Assembly: GCA_036397875.1 (NCBI GenBank)
Contig: DASWIC010000296.1
Coordinates: 13,347 to 77,346 of the forward strand
From: Burkholderiales bacterium
GTDB taxonomy: Bacteria; Pseudomonadota; Gammaproteobacteria; Burkholderiales; SG8-41
DNA: 64,000 bases
Direction: 5' to 3'
Shown here: in pieces, positions 35,715-45,775 of the stretch
How the letters are laid out: each line of letters opens with the position of its first letter
Position numbering within the stretch: position 1 is the first letter of the stretch
Made by a program: the position numbers and the translations under genes
Notes under the pieces: generated by a model
Databases searched by the model: none
What the model was told of the DNA's origin: nothing
What the model saw: only the letters and a program-made list of their open reading frames with translations

Positions 35715-37277
35715 ATGGCCGCCATCAAGCAGGCGCTGATCAGCGTCTCGGACAAGACCGGCGTCGTCGAATTCGCGCGCGCACTCGCGCGCTTCGGGGT
35801 GACGCTGCTCTCGACGGGTGGCACGGCGCGGCTCCTGAGGGAGCGTGGCCTCGAAGCGACCGAGGTCGCCGACTACACCGGCTTCCCGGAGCTGCTCGAC
35901 GGGCGGGTGAAGACCTTGCACCCGAAAGTGCACGCCGGCATCCTCGCCCGGCGCGACGCCCGCGAGCACATGGCCGCGCTGGAGCAGGCGGGGATCCCGC
36001 CGATCGACCTGGTGGTCGTCAACCTCTATCCCTTCGGCGCCACGGTGGCCCGTCCCGGGTGCACGCTCGGGGAAGCCATCGAGAACATCGACATCGGTGG
36101 CCCCGCCCTGCTGCGCAGCGCCGCCAAGAATCACGAGCATGTGGCGGTGGTGACCGATCCGGCCGACTACGGGGCGGTGCTGAAGGAGATGGAATCCGCA
36201 GGCGGCGCGCTCGGGGCCGCGACGCGGCTGCACCTGGCGCAGAAAGCGTTCTCCCACACCGCCCGTTACGACGGGGTGATCAGCAATTACCTGACTGCTC
36301 TCGATGGTTCAGGCGGCATCGAGCGCTTCCCGCGACGGCTGAACCTTCAGTTCGAGCGCGTGCAGTTGCTGCGTTACGGGGAGAATCCTCACCAGGAGGC
36401 AGCGTTCTATCGGGATTTGCAGCCGGCTCCGGGCAGCCTCGGCACCTATCGCCAGCTCCAGGGCAAGGAGCTTTCCTACAACAATATCGCCGACGCCGAT
36501 GCCGCGTGGGAATGCGTGAAGGGTTTCGACGGGCCGGCGTGCGTGATCGTGAAGCACGCCAACCCCTGCGGCGCAGCCCGCGCCGCCAGCCTCGTGGAAG
36601 CCTACGCCAGGGCGTTTGCCACCGATCCCGCCTCGGCCTTTGGCGGGATCATCGCCTTTAACCGTGAACTCGACGCGCCCACGGCGCAAGCCCTCGCGCA
36701 GCAGTTCGTGGAAGTGGTAATCGCTCCTGCCATCGGCCCGGAGGCGGCGCGGGCGCTCGCGGGCAAGGCCAATATTCGAGTGCTCGAGGTGCTGCTTGCC
36801 TCCGGCGCCAACGACTGCGACTTCAAGCGCGTCGGCGGCGGCTTGCTGGTGCAAACGCCGGACACCGCCGGCATCGGGGCGGGCGGCCTCAAAGTCGCCA
36901 CCCGGACGCGTCCGAGCGAGGCGCAGACGGCAGATCTGCTGTTTGCCTGGCACGTCGCCCGGTTCGTCAAGTCCAATGCCATCGTGTATTGCAGCGGCGG
37001 CCGGACCCTCGGCGTGGGTGCGGGGCAGATGAGCCGGGTAGACGCGGCGCGCATCGCCGCGATCAAGGCGCAGAACGCGGGCCTCGCGCTGCAGGGGGCG
37101 GTAGTCGCGTCCGATGCCTTCTTCCCGTTTCGCGACGGCGTGGACGCCGTGGCGCAGGCCGGTGCGCGCGCGATCATCCAGCCCGGGGGCAGCCTGCGCG
37201 ATGACGAAGTGATCGCCGCCGCCGACGAGCGCGGCATTGCCATGGTGTTCACCGGCGTCAGGCACTTCCGCCACTGA
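35715..37277 (+). CDS. purH: bifunctional AICAR transformylase / IMP cyclohydrolase
   Basis: [22 protein letters not shown] (MGS-like domain). C-terminus [12 protein letters not shown] 35715; the track ORF is an upstream extension into fis. Confidence 0.95.
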   Translation: MAAIKQALISVSDKTGVVEFARALARFGVTLLSTGGTARLLRERGLEATEVADYTGFPELLDGRVKTLHPKVHAGILARRDAREHMAALEQAGIPPIDLVVVNLYPFGATVARPGCTLGEAIENIDIGGPALLRSAAKNHEHVAVVTDPADYGAVLKEMESAGGALGAATRLHLAQKAFSHTARYDGVISNYLTALDGSGGIERFPRRLNLQFERVQLLRYGENPHQEAAFYRDLQPAPGSLGTYRQLQGKELSYNNIADADAAWECVKGFDGPACVIVKHANPCGAARAASLVEAYARAFATDPASAFGGIIAFNRELDAPTAQALAQQFVEVVIAPAIGPEAARALAGKANIRVLEVLLASGANDCDFKRVGGGLLVQTPDTAGIGAGGLKVATRTRPSEAQTADLLFAWHVARFVKSNAIVYCSGGRTLGVGAGQMSRVDAARIAAIKAQNAGLALQGAVVASDAFFPFRDGVDAVAQAGARAIIQPGGSLRDDEVIAAADERGIAMVFTGVRHFRH

Positions 37278-37306
37278 GGCGGCGGAAGCGCCGTGAAGGG
37301 GGAAGC

Positions 37307-38584
37307 GTGAAGCTGCTGGTCATCGGCTCGGGAGGGCGCGAGCACGCATTGGCGTGGAAGCTCGCGCGCTCGGCGCGCGTCTCGCGGGTGCTCGTCGCTC
37401 CCGGCAACGCCGGTACCGCGCGCGAAGAGGGCCTCGTCAATGCGCCGGCCACATCCATCCCGGCGTGGATCGAGCTCGCGCGCAGGGAAGCGGTGACGTT
37501 TACTGTCGTCGGACCGGAGGCGCCGCTCGCGCAGGGCGTCGTCGACGCATTTCGCGCGGAGGGGCTGAAGATCTTCGGGCCGACACGGGCCGCCGCCCGG
37601 CTGGAGAGCTCCAAGGAATTCGCCAAGTCCTTCATGCAGCGCCACGGCATACCGAGCGCGGGCTATGCGGCATTCAGCGAACCCGAATCAGCGCACGCCT
37701 ACCTGGACCGCCACGGCGCACCGGTTGTCGTCAAGGCCGACGGGCTGGCCGCCGGCAAGGGCGTGGTGGTGGCGATGGACGCGGGCTCGGCGCACGCGGC
37801 GGTCGATAGCATGCTGGTCGCAAAAACGATGGGTGCTGCGGGCAGCCGGCTGGTGATCGAGGACTACCTCGAGGGCGAGGAGGCGAGCTTCATCGTGCTC
37901 GCCGACGGCCAGCACGCGCTGCCGCTCGCGACCAGCCAGGATCACAAACGCCTGTTCGACGGCGACCGCGGTCCCAATACCGGCGGCATGGGCGCATACT
38001 CCCCGGCGCCGGTAGTGACGCCGGCGGTACACGCCCGGGTGCTGCGCGAAGTGATCTACCCCGCGCTCGCCGGCATGGAGAACGAAGGCACCCCGTATAG
38101 CGGTTTCCTCTACGCCGGTCTGATGATCGGGCGGGACGGCAGAGTCAGGGTGCTGGAGTTCAACTGCCGGATGGGCGACCCGGAAACGCAGCCGATCCTC
38201 CTGCGGTTGAAGAGCGACCTCGAAGGCCTGATCGAGCACGCGCTCGCCGGCACTCTCGACAAGGTGGAGGCGGAGTGGGACCGGCGGATAGCCCTCGGCG
38301 TGGTGCTCGCCGCGCACGGCTACCCGGACGCTCCGCGCACGGGCGACGCGATTCACGGCCTGCCGGCGCCCGAAGAGGATTGCCACGTGTTCCATGCCGG
38401 CACCGCGTTGAATGGAACGGACGTGGTTACCAGCGGGGGACGGGTGCTGACGGTGACGGCGCTGGGCGGCAACGTGAGCGCCGCGCAGCGCCGCGCCTAC
38501 GCGATTGCCGGGAAGATCCGCTTCGAGGGCATGCAATTCCGCCGCGACATCGGCCACCGGGCGCTTGCCGCGGGCCGGAAATAG
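37307..38584 (+). CDS. purD: phosphoribosylamine--glycine ligase
   Basis: GTG start. MKLLVIGSGGREHALAWKL and an ATP-grasp fold (VVKADGLAAGKGV). Confidence 0.95.
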   Translation: MKLLVIGSGGREHALAWKLARSARVSRVLVAPGNAGTAREEGLVNAPATSIPAWIELARREAVTFTVVGPEAPLAQGVVDAFRAEGLKIFGPTRAAARLESSKEFAKSFMQRHGIPSAGYAAFSEPESAHAYLDRHGAPVVVKADGLAAGKGVVVAMDAGSAHAAVDSMLVAKTMGAAGSRLVIEDYLEGEEASFIVLADGQHALPLATSQDHKRLFDGDRGPNTGGMGAYSPAPVVTPAVHARVLREVIYPALAGMENEGTPYSGFLYAGLMIGRDGRVRVLEFNCRMGDPETQPILLRLKSDLEGLIEHALAGTLDKVEAEWDRRIALGVVLAAHGYPDAPRTGDAIHGLPAPEEDCHVFHAGTALNGTDVVTSGGRVLTVTALGGNVSAAQRRAYAIAGKIRFEGMQFRRDIGHRALAAGRK

Positions 38585-38606
38585 CGACTTGGAGTAAGCT
38601 TTCGGT

Positions 38607-39473
38607 ATGAAGCCGGACTTCGATCGCGCGCGCCAGGACCTGGGCAACATCATCCTGCTCGAGCACGTGAACGTCACCATTCCCGACCAGCACCTGGCCA
38701 CGATTTTCTACGTGAGCGGCCTGGGGCTGACGCGCGACCCGTACCTCATGACGGGGATCGACAACATGTGGGTCAATGTCGGGCGCAGCCAGTTCCATCT
38801 GCCGTCACGGGGCACCCAGGTAGTGCGTGGGCACGTCGGCATCGTGCTGCCCGATCTCGCGGCGCTGGAGCGCCGGTTGCAGGGCGTCGCGCCGCTCCTG
38901 GCCGAGACGCGGTTCGCCTGGGAGAAACGCGACGGCTGGATCGAGGCAACCTGCCCCTGGGGAAATCGTTACCGCTGTCACGCGCCCGCGCCCGGGTTCG
39001 GCGATGCCGAGCTCGCCATCGCCTACGTCCAGCTCGACGTGCCTGCCGGCTCGGCGCCGGGAATCGCGGGTTTTTACCGGGACGTCCTGGGGGCGCATGC
39101 CGCGATCGACGGCGGCGCGGGTGGCGCAACCGCCGTCGTATCCACGGGCGCCGCGCAGCGGCTGCGGTTTCGCGAGACCTCGCGCCCGCTCCCGGTGTAC
39201 GACGGGCATCACATCCAGGTCTACATCGCCGATTTCTCCGGTCCCCACCGCCGCTTGCTCGAGCGCGGGCTCGTGTCGGAGGAGTCGAGCGAGCATCAAT
39301 ACCGCTTCCGCGACATCGTCGACCCGGCGAGCGGAAAGCGCCTGTTCACCCTCGAGCACGAGGTGAGAAGCCTCACCCATCCGCTCTACGCGCGCCCGCT
39401 CGTCAATCGCAATCCGGCCCAGAGCAACCGCGACTACGTGCGCGGCCACGACGCGTTCCCCGGAACTTACTAA
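38607..39473 (+). CDS. conserved hypothetical protein (possible VOC/glyoxalase-like fold, low confidence)
   Basis: 288 aa with strong coding bias. It is wedged 22 nt after purD and 8 nt before hemF. His/His/Glu candidates lie in [20 protein letters not shown] and TLEHEVRS. I do not recognise the family. Confidence 0.6.
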   Translation: MKPDFDRARQDLGNIILLEHVNVTIPDQHLATIFYVSGLGLTRDPYLMTGIDNMWVNVGRSQFHLPSRGTQVVRGHVGIVLPDLAALERRLQGVAPLLAETRFAWEKRDGWIEATCPWGNRYRCHAPAPGFGDAELAIAYVQLDVPAGSAPGIAGFYRDVLGAHAAIDGGAGGATAVVSTGAAQRLRFRETSRPLPVYDGHHIQVYIADFSGPHRRLLERGLVSEESSEHQYRFRDIVDPASGKRLFTLEHEVRSLTHPLYARPLVNRNPAQSNRDYVRGHDAFPGTY

Positions 39474-39481
39474 GTGATCGA

Positions 39482-40381
39482 TTGGACGCGGCCGCCGTCA
39501 AGCAGCATCTTCTCGAGCTTCAGCGGACGATCGCCGCGCGCCTGAGCGGGATCGAGGGGCGGGACTTCCGGCGTGACGAGTGGTCGCGGCCCGGGGGCGG
39601 TGGCGGAATCGCGCAGGTGATCGAAGACGGGATCGTGTTCGAGCGCGCGGGCGTGAACTTCTCGCACGTTCACGGCCAGAACCTTCCACCCTCTGCCAGC
39701 GCCGGCCGCCCGGAACTTGCCGGCCGCTCGTTCCAGGCGATGGGCGTTTCGCTGGTGCTGCATCCCCGCAACCCCTACGTCCCCACCACGCACATGAACG
39801 TGCGTTACTTCGTGGCGGAGAAGGACGCGGCCGCCCCGGTGTGGTGGTTCGGCGGCGGCATGGATCTGACGCCGTACTATCCCTTTGCCGAGGATGCGCG
39901 GCATTTCCATCGTGCCTGCCGCGAGGCGCTCGCCCCCCACGGCGCCGATTGCTACCCGCGCTACAAGCAGTGGTGCGATGATTATTTTTACCTGAAGCAC
40001 CGGGCGGAGCCGCGCGGCATCGGCGGCATTTTCTTCGACGACCTCAACCAGCCCGACTTCCCGGCGTGCTTCGCGCTTGCGCGCAGCGTAGGAGCCCAAT
40101 TCCTGCCGGCCTATCTTCCCATCCTCGAGCGCCGCAGAGGGCTCGCTTACGGCGAGCGCGAACGCGCGTTCCAGGCCTACCGGCGCGGCCGCTACGTCGA
40201 GTTCAACCTGGTGTATGACCGCGGCACGCTGTTCGGGCTGCAGTCCGGCGGCCGCACCGAGGCGATCCTGATGTCGCTGCCGCCGCGGGTCGAGTGGCGC
40301 TACGACTGGAAACCCGAGCCGGGCAGCCCGGAGGAAAAGCTCTATACCGAGTTCCTCGTGCCGCGGGACTGGGTTGATTGA
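39482..40381 (+). CDS. hemF: oxygen-dependent coproporphyrinogen III oxidase
   Basis: [27 protein letters not shown] and [14 protein letters not shown] motifs. The TTG start at 39482 gives 299 aa. The 537-aa track ORF is a spurious upstream extension. Confidence 0.9.
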   Translation: MDAAAVKQHLLELQRTIAARLSGIEGRDFRRDEWSRPGGGGGIAQVIEDGIVFERAGVNFSHVHGQNLPPSASAGRPELAGRSFQAMGVSLVLHPRNPYVPTTHMNVRYFVAEKDAAAPVWWFGGGMDLTPYYPFAEDARHFHRACREALAPHGADCYPRYKQWCDDYFYLKHRAEPRGIGGIFFDDLNQPDFPACFALARSVGAQFLPAYLPILERRRGLAYGERERAFQAYRRGRYVEFNLVYDRGTLFGLQSGGRTEAILMSLPPRVEWRYDWKPEPGSPEEKLYTEFLVPRDWVD

Positions 40382-40393
40382 GCGGCTCCAAGG

Positions 40394-40485
40394 CTGGAGT
40401 AGGGGTGCACGAGGGGAGTATCCCCTCGCTCATTGTTACTCGTTCCCAAACTGAAGTAGGGGTGCACGAGGGGAGTATCCCCTCG
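40394..40485. repeat. tandem pair of hairpin-containing direct repeats (REP-like) between convergent genes
   Basis: AGTAGGGGTGCACGAGGGGAGTATCCCCTCG occurs identically at 40398-40428 and 40455-40485 (35 nt with one mismatch, from 40394 and 40451). Each copy holds the hairpin CGAGGGGA-GTA-TCCCCTCG. Confidence 0.8.
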
Positions 40486-40492
40486 TTAATTC

Positions 40493-42418
40493 CTAGAACC
40501 AGCTCTTCAGCGACTTCACCCGCGCGAGTATCCCCTGGCTGACGCCGGCGAGGCTCGCCGTCGCGACCTGGTACTGGCGGGTGAGATGCGGGTTTTGCTT
40601 GAGCGATTGATAGCGGATGAGCGCCGCCTGGGCATGCTGACGCAGGAGCTCGGGATTCACCGGCTTGTTGATGAAACGGAAGATCTGCGCCTGATTGATG
40701 AGCTCGATCACCAGCTCCGAGTCGGAAGCCTCGGTCAGCACGATGGCGAGAATCTCCGGGCGCTCCCGCTTGAGCAGCTTGAATGCCGCGAGGATGTCCT
40801 CGCCCCGGCTCGCGACGTCGGCGACGATCAGCGCGATCTCGTGCGTCTCGAGCTGGTTCAGGCCCTCGTCGAGGCTCCGCGCGTGGTAGACCGGACAGGC
40901 GCCGCCGACCAGCCGCGTAACCCCCCGCAGCGTCTCGTCGCCCGCCTCAATCACCAGTAGGCCCGCATCCATCCGGTCGGGCACGATCGGGGGTGACGCG
41001 GACGTTGCCGCGAGATCGAACGCAATCGCGGCCGCCTCGGCGACGATTTTCTGGATCTCCTGGTTATCCCATGGCTTGGAGATGAAACGGAATACCTCAC
41101 CGTCGTTGATCGAGCCGACGATCGCCGCGAGGTCCGAGTAGCCGGTCAGCAGCATGCGCACCGTATTCGGCGCCAGGCCCTTCACCCGGCGCAGCAGCTC
41201 CACCCCTGTCATTTGCGGCATGCGCTGGTCGCTCACGACCACGTGCGGCTGGAACTTGCGCACGAACTCGAGCGCCTCCGCGCCGTTGGTCGCCGTGAAT
41301 ACGTGGTAGCCCGACCGGAAGATGGATCGCAGCGCGTTCACGATCCGTTCCTCGTCGTCCACGAACAGAATGCGGGCCCGTCCGCCCCCCGGAGGCTCGG
41401 TGGGGCTCTCCGCTGCCGCGGGCGCGGCGGCGGCAGCAGCCCTGGCGGGGGGCTCCCTGGCGGGGGGCTGGGTCGGCGCATCGGTCCGGGCCTGCTGCAG
41501 GCCGGCCAGCAAGCGCGCAGCCTGCACCAGCTTGGGGTCGATGCGCTGCGTCGGAACGTCGGTGGCGGCGGCCGGCTCGCGCCGCGCCTGCCGCAGGCTC
41601 GCCTCGACTCCCTGGTGGAATGCGTCGGAGAATTCCTTCCCGGTCTGGAACCGGTCCTCGCGCTTCTTGGCGAGCGCCTTGAGCACCGCCCAGTCGAGCT
41701 GAACCGAGATCTTGGGGTTGAAGTCCGAGGGGTTCGCCGGCCGCTCGCTCAGCACCTGGCGCATCACCTCGGCGTTGTTGCCGGTGAACGGGCGGCGGGC
41801 GGCGAGCAGCTCGTAGGCGATGACCCCCACCGAGTAGATGTCGCCGCGCGCGTCGATGTCGGTGCCGAGAAACTGCTCGGGAGACATATAGCCCGGCGAG
41901 CCCATGATCTCGCCCAACTGGGTCAGCGTGGAGGAATCGATACGCGCGATGCCGAAATCGGTGAGCTTCAGCCGCCCGTCGTCGTTGATCAGGATGTTGG
42001 ACGGCTTGATGTCGCGGTGAATCACGCCCTGCGCGTGCGCATAGCCGAGCCCGTCGAGCAGCTGGCGAATCAACTCGCCGATCTCCTTCAGCCCGAAGCG
42101 CACTTCGTTCTGGAGGTGTTGAAACAGCGACTTGCCGTTCACCAGCTCCATCACGATATAGGCGAGTTCCTCATCCTCGCCGTAATCGTAGATCGCCGCG
42201 ATGCGCGGGTGCGTCAACCGGCCGACGGCGCGCGCCTCGTGGCGGAAGCGCGTCAGCACGTACTGGAGGTCCGCGGGGTCGAGCGCCGATTTGGTGATGG
42301 TCTTGATCGCGACCGTGCGCTGGATCGCGGGGTCGAACGCGCGGTAGACGATGCCCATTCCGCCTTGGCCGAGCACGTCCTGAACCTGGTACTTGCCGAT
42401 GGTGGCGTGGGTATTCAT
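40493..42418 (-). CDS. Hanks-type Ser/Thr protein kinase fused to two receiver (REC) domains
   Basis: Kinase motifs: GQGGMGIVY, VAIK, HRDIKPSN, DFG, GSPGYMSPE. P/A-rich linker. REC1: FVDDE, VVVSDQRMP, LLTGY, ISKPW. REC2: IEAGDE, LIVADV, VLTEA, INKPV. ATG 42418 (MNTHATIGKYQV) lies 28 nt downstream of the HK stop. Confidence 0.85.
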   Translation of the reverse strand: MNTHATIGKYQVQDVLGQGGMGIVYRAFDPAIQRTVAIKTITKSALDPADLQYVLTRFRHEARAVGRLTHPRIAAIYDYGEDEELAYIVMELVNGKSLFQHLQNEVRFGLKEIGELIRQLLDGLGYAHAQGVIHRDIKPSNILINDDGRLKLTDFGIARIDSSTLTQLGEIMGSPGYMSPEQFLGTDIDARGDIYSVGVIAYELLAARRPFTGNNAEVMRQVLSERPANPSDFNPKISVQLDWAVLKALAKKREDRFQTGKEFSDAFHQGVEASLRQARREPAAATDVPTQRIDPKLVQAARLLAGLQQARTDAPTQPPAREPPARAAAAAAPAAAESPTEPPGGGRARILFVDDEERIVNALRSIFRSGYHVFTATNGAEALEFVRKFQPHVVVSDQRMPQMTGVELLRRVKGLAPNTVRMLLTGYSDLAAIVGSINDGEVFRFISKPWDNQEIQKIVAEAAAIAFDLAATSASPPIVPDRMDAGLLVIEAGDETLRGVTRLVGGACPVYHARSLDEGLNQLETHEIALIVADVASRGEDILAAFKLLKRERPEILAIVLTEASDSELVIELINQAQIFRFINKPVNPELLRQHAQAALIRYQSLKQNPHLTRQYQVATASLAGVSQGILARVKSLKSWF

Positions 42419-42446
42419 GATTCCGGGCCGGGTGCTCGAACGGCCC

Positions 42447-44285
42447 TCATGGCACCGCGGGCGCCGGTGCCGGCGGTTGCAACGGTAGCACCACGGTGAA
42501 CCGGGTGCCAACCCCCACGGTGGAATCGACGCTGATCCTGCCGCCGTGCTGCTCGACGATCTTGTAGACGATCGACAGCCCGAGTCCCGTGCCCTTGCCC
42601 ACTTCCTTGGTGGTGAAGAAGGGGTCGAAGATCTTGGGCAGGACCTCGGGCGGGATGCCCTTGCCGTTATCCGCCACCTCCACCGCCACGTGCGCGGCGC
42701 CCTCGCGGCGCGTGGTGATCCGGATCTCGCCCGGCGCCGGCCCCATCGCCTGGGCCGCGTTGGTGACGAGGTTCAGGAATACCTGGTTGACCTGGGAGGG
42801 CGAGCAGGTGATGGGCGGGATGTCGCCGTAATGCTTTTTCACCACGTGATGCTTGAGCTCGTGACGCGCGATCGCGAGCGTGCTGTCGAGACCCTCGTTC
42901 AGGTTGAAGCTCGCCACCTTGCTGCGGTCCAGGCGCGAGAAGTTCTTGAGATTCCCCACGATCTCCGATATCTGCCCGATGCCATGGAGCCCGTCCCGCG
43001 CCAGGGCGTCCACCTCGTCGAGCGCATGCTGGGCGCGCAGCTGCGCGATCAGCCGCTCGGTCAGGCCGAACTGCTCGGCCAGATCCTGGGGATTGGCCGC
43101 GCCGGCGCGCAGCAGCTCGAGCAGCTTCTCGGTCTCGACCGCGAGGCGCGTGAGATCCTGCAGCATTCCGCTTACCGAGCCCAGGCTGTTCTTGACGTAG
43201 GCAAGCGGCGTGTTGATCTCGTGCACCACGCCGGCCACCATCTGGCCGAGCGAGGACATTTTCTCGGACTGGATCAGTTGCGCTTCCGACTCCTTGAGTT
43301 GCTTGAGCGCCTCGGTGAGCTCCCGGGTGCGCTCGATGACGCGTTGTTCCAGCTCCTCGTTCGCGGCGTTGAGCAGCCGGTAGCTGGCGATCAGGCGCAG
43401 GGCCAGGTAGCCGATGAGTATCAGCAGCGCGCCCGAGTAGGCGACGAGATAGGAGCGGTAGAACGCCTGCTCGTGGAGCGCGGCCTCCAGCTCGCGCGAA
43501 TATGCGGCGGTCAAGCTGTCGACGCGCGGTCCGGCGGTCATGAAACCGAGCCGGGTGAACAACGCCTGCTCTGCCGGCTTCGCCTCGAGCAGTTGCCGCA
43601 CGCGCTCATCGAGGCGGCTCAAGCCGGCGCGCAGCGCCGGCGGCAGTCGCGGTCCCGCCTTCCGCAGGTCCCCGAGGATCATCTCGACGAGCTTGCGCCG
43701 CTCCTCGCTCGGGCTGAAGTAATAGCGCTGGGCTTCGGCGATCAACTGGGTCGCGGCGCTCTCCGCCGCCACCAGGCGCTCGCGTTCGCGGAAGTCCCGC
43801 CACGAGCCGCGAACCAGGCCCGCGATCTCCACGTCGGACGCCGCCACCCGCGCAAGCGCCTCGCGGGTGGCGGCATTCGCAATCCTGAACTGGTCCAGCA
43901 TCCTGGCTTTCGCGGAAAACGCAGCGCCGAGGTCGGGCAGGCCGCGCGCCAGCACCGCGCTGCCAAGCTCGGCGCTGGCTGCGGCGAGGTCGCGCTGGAT
44001 ACGCGCCACGGCCGCGGCGCGGTCCGAGAGGGGTGCCTGGGGCGGGACGAGCTCCGTGTGGACCCGCAGGATGTCCACGTCCCAGCGGGAGTCGATCTCC
44101 TTCAACTCGCGCAGCGCCGCCAGTACTTCATTGTGCCGCTTGAAATCCGCCCCCTCGGTCTTGTAGTAGAGATAGCCGAGTATCGCCGCGAGGACGACCG
44201 TCACGGCGGCGAGCAGCAGCCGGCGGCCGTATTTCGCCGTCCGAGTAGCCGCGAGCGGCCGCAGGGGAGCGGTCAACTCCGGCAT
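42447..44285 (-). CDS. membrane sensor histidine kinase with a large helical periplasmic domain
   Basis: TM1 [19 protein letters not shown], about 245 helix-rich residues, TM2 [21 protein letters not shown], then a coiled coil. H-box [13 protein letters not shown]-box [12 protein letters not shown]1 [18 protein letters not shown]2 [11 protein letters not shown]. No REC domain. ATG 44285 preferred; TTG 44303 is the alternative. Confidence 0.88.
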   Translation of the reverse strand: MPELTAPLRPLAATRTAKYGRRLLLAAVTVVLAAILGYLYYKTEGADFKRHNEVLAALRELKEIDSRWDVDILRVHTELVPPQAPLSDRAAAVARIQRDLAAASAELGSAVLARGLPDLGAAFSAKARMLDQFRIANAATREALARVAASDVEIAGLVRGSWRDFRERERLVAAESAATQLIAEAQRYYFSPSEERRKLVEMILGDLRKAGPRLPPALRAGLSRLDERVRQLLEAKPAEQALFTRLGFMTAGPRVDSLTAAYSRELEAALHEQAFYRSYLVAYSGALLILIGYLALRLIASYRLLNAANEELEQRVIERTRELTEALKQLKESEAQLIQSEKMSSLGQMVAGVVHEINTPLAYVKNSLGSVSGMLQDLTRLAVETEKLLELLRAGAANPQDLAEQFGLTERLIAQLRAQHALDEVDALARDGLHGIGQISEIVGNLKNFSRLDRSKVASFNLNEGLDSTLAIARHELKHHVVKKHYGDIPPITCSPSQVNQVFLNLVTNAAQAMGPAPGEIRITTRREGAAHVAVEVADNGKGIPPEVLPKIFDPFFTTKEVGKGTGLGLSIVYKIVEQHGGRISVDSTVGVGTRFTVVLPLQPPAPAPAVP

Positions 44286-44292
44286 TGCCCGC

Positions 44293-44997
44293 TCATTCGC
44301 CAAGGTAGGCCTGGCGCACCCGGGGGTTGGTGAGCAGCCGCGATGCGTCGTCGGCGAGCGCGATCAGCCCGCTCTCCATCACGTAGCCGCGGTGGCAGGT
44401 CTCGAGCGCGAGCTTCGCGTTCTGCTCGACCAGCAGGAGCGTTACGCCCTCCGCCGTGATGGTGCGTATCGTCTCGTATATCGTTTGCACAACCAGTGGC
44501 GCAAGCCCCATGCTGGGTTCGTCGAGGAGCAACATGCGCGGCCGGCCCATCAACGCGCGCCCGATCGCCAGCATCTGTTGCTCGCCGCCGGACAGCGTTC
44601 CGCCGGGCTGGCGGCGGCGTTCGGCGAGTCGTGGCAGCATTCCGTAGACGCGGTCGAAATCGGCGAAGATGCCCGCCCGGTCGCGGCGGCTGTAAGCACC
44701 CATCGCCAGGTTCTCCTCGACCGTGAGCCGCCCGAACACACCGCGCCCCTCGGGCACCAGCGCCAACCCTTGCCGGACGAGCTCGAATGCCGGACGCGCC
44801 GTGATGTCGATCCCATTATAGTGGATGCGGCCCGCGGCCGGTCTCAGCAGCCCGGCGAGCGCCTTCAAGGTTGTGGTCTTGCCGGCGCCGTTGGCCCCGA
44901 TCAGCGTGACGAGCTCGCCGTCAGCGACCTGCAGGTCGATGCCCTTCACGGCGTTGATGCCGCCGTACGAAACCCTGAGTCCGGTTACCTCAAGCAA
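44293..44997 (-). CDS. livF: branched-chain amino acid ABC transporter ATP-binding protein
   Basis: 234 aa. Walker A GANGAGKTT, signature LSGGEQQML, Walker B LLLDEPS. TTG start overlaps the livG end. Confidence 0.9.
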   Translation of the reverse strand: MLEVTGLRVSYGGINAVKGIDLQVADGELVTLIGANGAGKTTTLKALAGLLRPAAGRIHYNGIDITARPAFELVRQGLALVPEGRGVFGRLTVEENLAMGAYSRRDRAGIFADFDRVYGMLPRLAERRRQPGGTLSGGEQQMLAIGRALMGRPRMLLLDEPSMGLAPLVVQTIYETIRTITAEGVTLLLVEQNAKLALETCHRGYVMESGLIALADDASRLLTNPRVRQAYLGE

Positions 44998-45775
44998 TCT
45001 CCCCTCCCAGGTAGGCCTCGATCACCGCCGGGTCGCGCTGCACGGCGGGGGGCGCGCCTTCCGCGATTTTTCTGCCGTAATCGAGCACGGCCACGCGATC
45101 GCACAGTCCCATCACGAGCCTGACGTCGTGCTCGATCAGGAGCAGGGTGACGCCGCTCGCGCGGATGCGCTCGAGCAGCCGCGCGAGCTCCGCGCGCTCG
45201 GTTGCGTTCATGCCGGCGGCGGGCTCATCGAGCGCAAGCAGCTTCGGATCCGTCGCCAGGGCGCGCGCGATCTCGAGGCGGCGCTGGTCGCCGTAGGCGA
45301 GGCCGTAGGCGGGTTGCGCGGCGCGCGCCGCGATGCCGACGTAATCGAGCAGCTCAAGGGCGCGGTGAGTGATCTCGCGCTCCTCGGTGCGCGTTGCCGC
45401 GCCGCGCAACACGGCGCCCGGCACGCCGGCGCGGGTGCGCACGTGGCGCCCGACCATCACGTTCTCGAGCGCGCTCATGTTGGCGAAGAGCCGGATGTTC
45501 TGGAAAGTCCGGGCAATGCCGCGCGCCGCGATGCGATACGGCTTCAATCCGGTCAACGGCTCGCCCTCGAAGACGCACTCGCCAGCGTCCGGCGCATGGA
45601 GGCCGGTCAGCACGTTGAAGAGCGTCGTCTTGCCGGCGCCGTTGGGGCCGATCAGCCCGAAGATTTCGCCGCGCGCGACCGTGAGCGAGACTTCGGCGAG
45701 CGCCGAGAGCCCCCCGAATCGCTTGCTGATGGCGCGCGCCTCGAGCAGCGCGGCGCGCACCGTGGACGCGCTCAC
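44990..45775 (-). CDS. livG: branched-chain amino acid ABC transporter ATP-binding protein
   Basis: Walker A GPNGAGKTT, Walker B LLALDEPAAGMN. The GTG start at 45775 forms a GTGA overlap with the livM stop. The 611-aa track ORF is an extension across livM. Confidence 0.9.
   Translation of the reverse strand: MSASTVRAALLEARAISKRFGGLSALAEVSLTVARGEIFGLIGPNGAGKTTLFNVLTGLHAPDAGECVFEGEPLTGLKPYRIAARGIARTFQNIRLFANMSALENVMVGRHVRTRAGVPGAVLRGAATRTEEREITHRALELLDYVGIAARAAQPAYGLAYGDQRRLEIARALATDPKLLALDEPAAGMNATERAELARLLERIRASGVTLLLIEHDVRLVMGLCDRVAVLDYGRKIAEGAPPAVQRDPAVIEAYLGGEIA

Noticed and set aside
38768-39481. N-terminal 238 residues of the 537-aa track ORF that ends as hemF
   Set aside because: This part overlaps the well-supported 288-aa gene in another frame and is Arg/Pro/Gly-rich. 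HemF homology begins only after TTG 39482.
40394-40485. CRISPR-like repeat-spacer-repeat
   Set aside because: There are only two repeat copies with a 26-nt spacer, no cas genes in the window, and a strongly palindromic repeat located between convergent genes. A REP-like element is more plausible.
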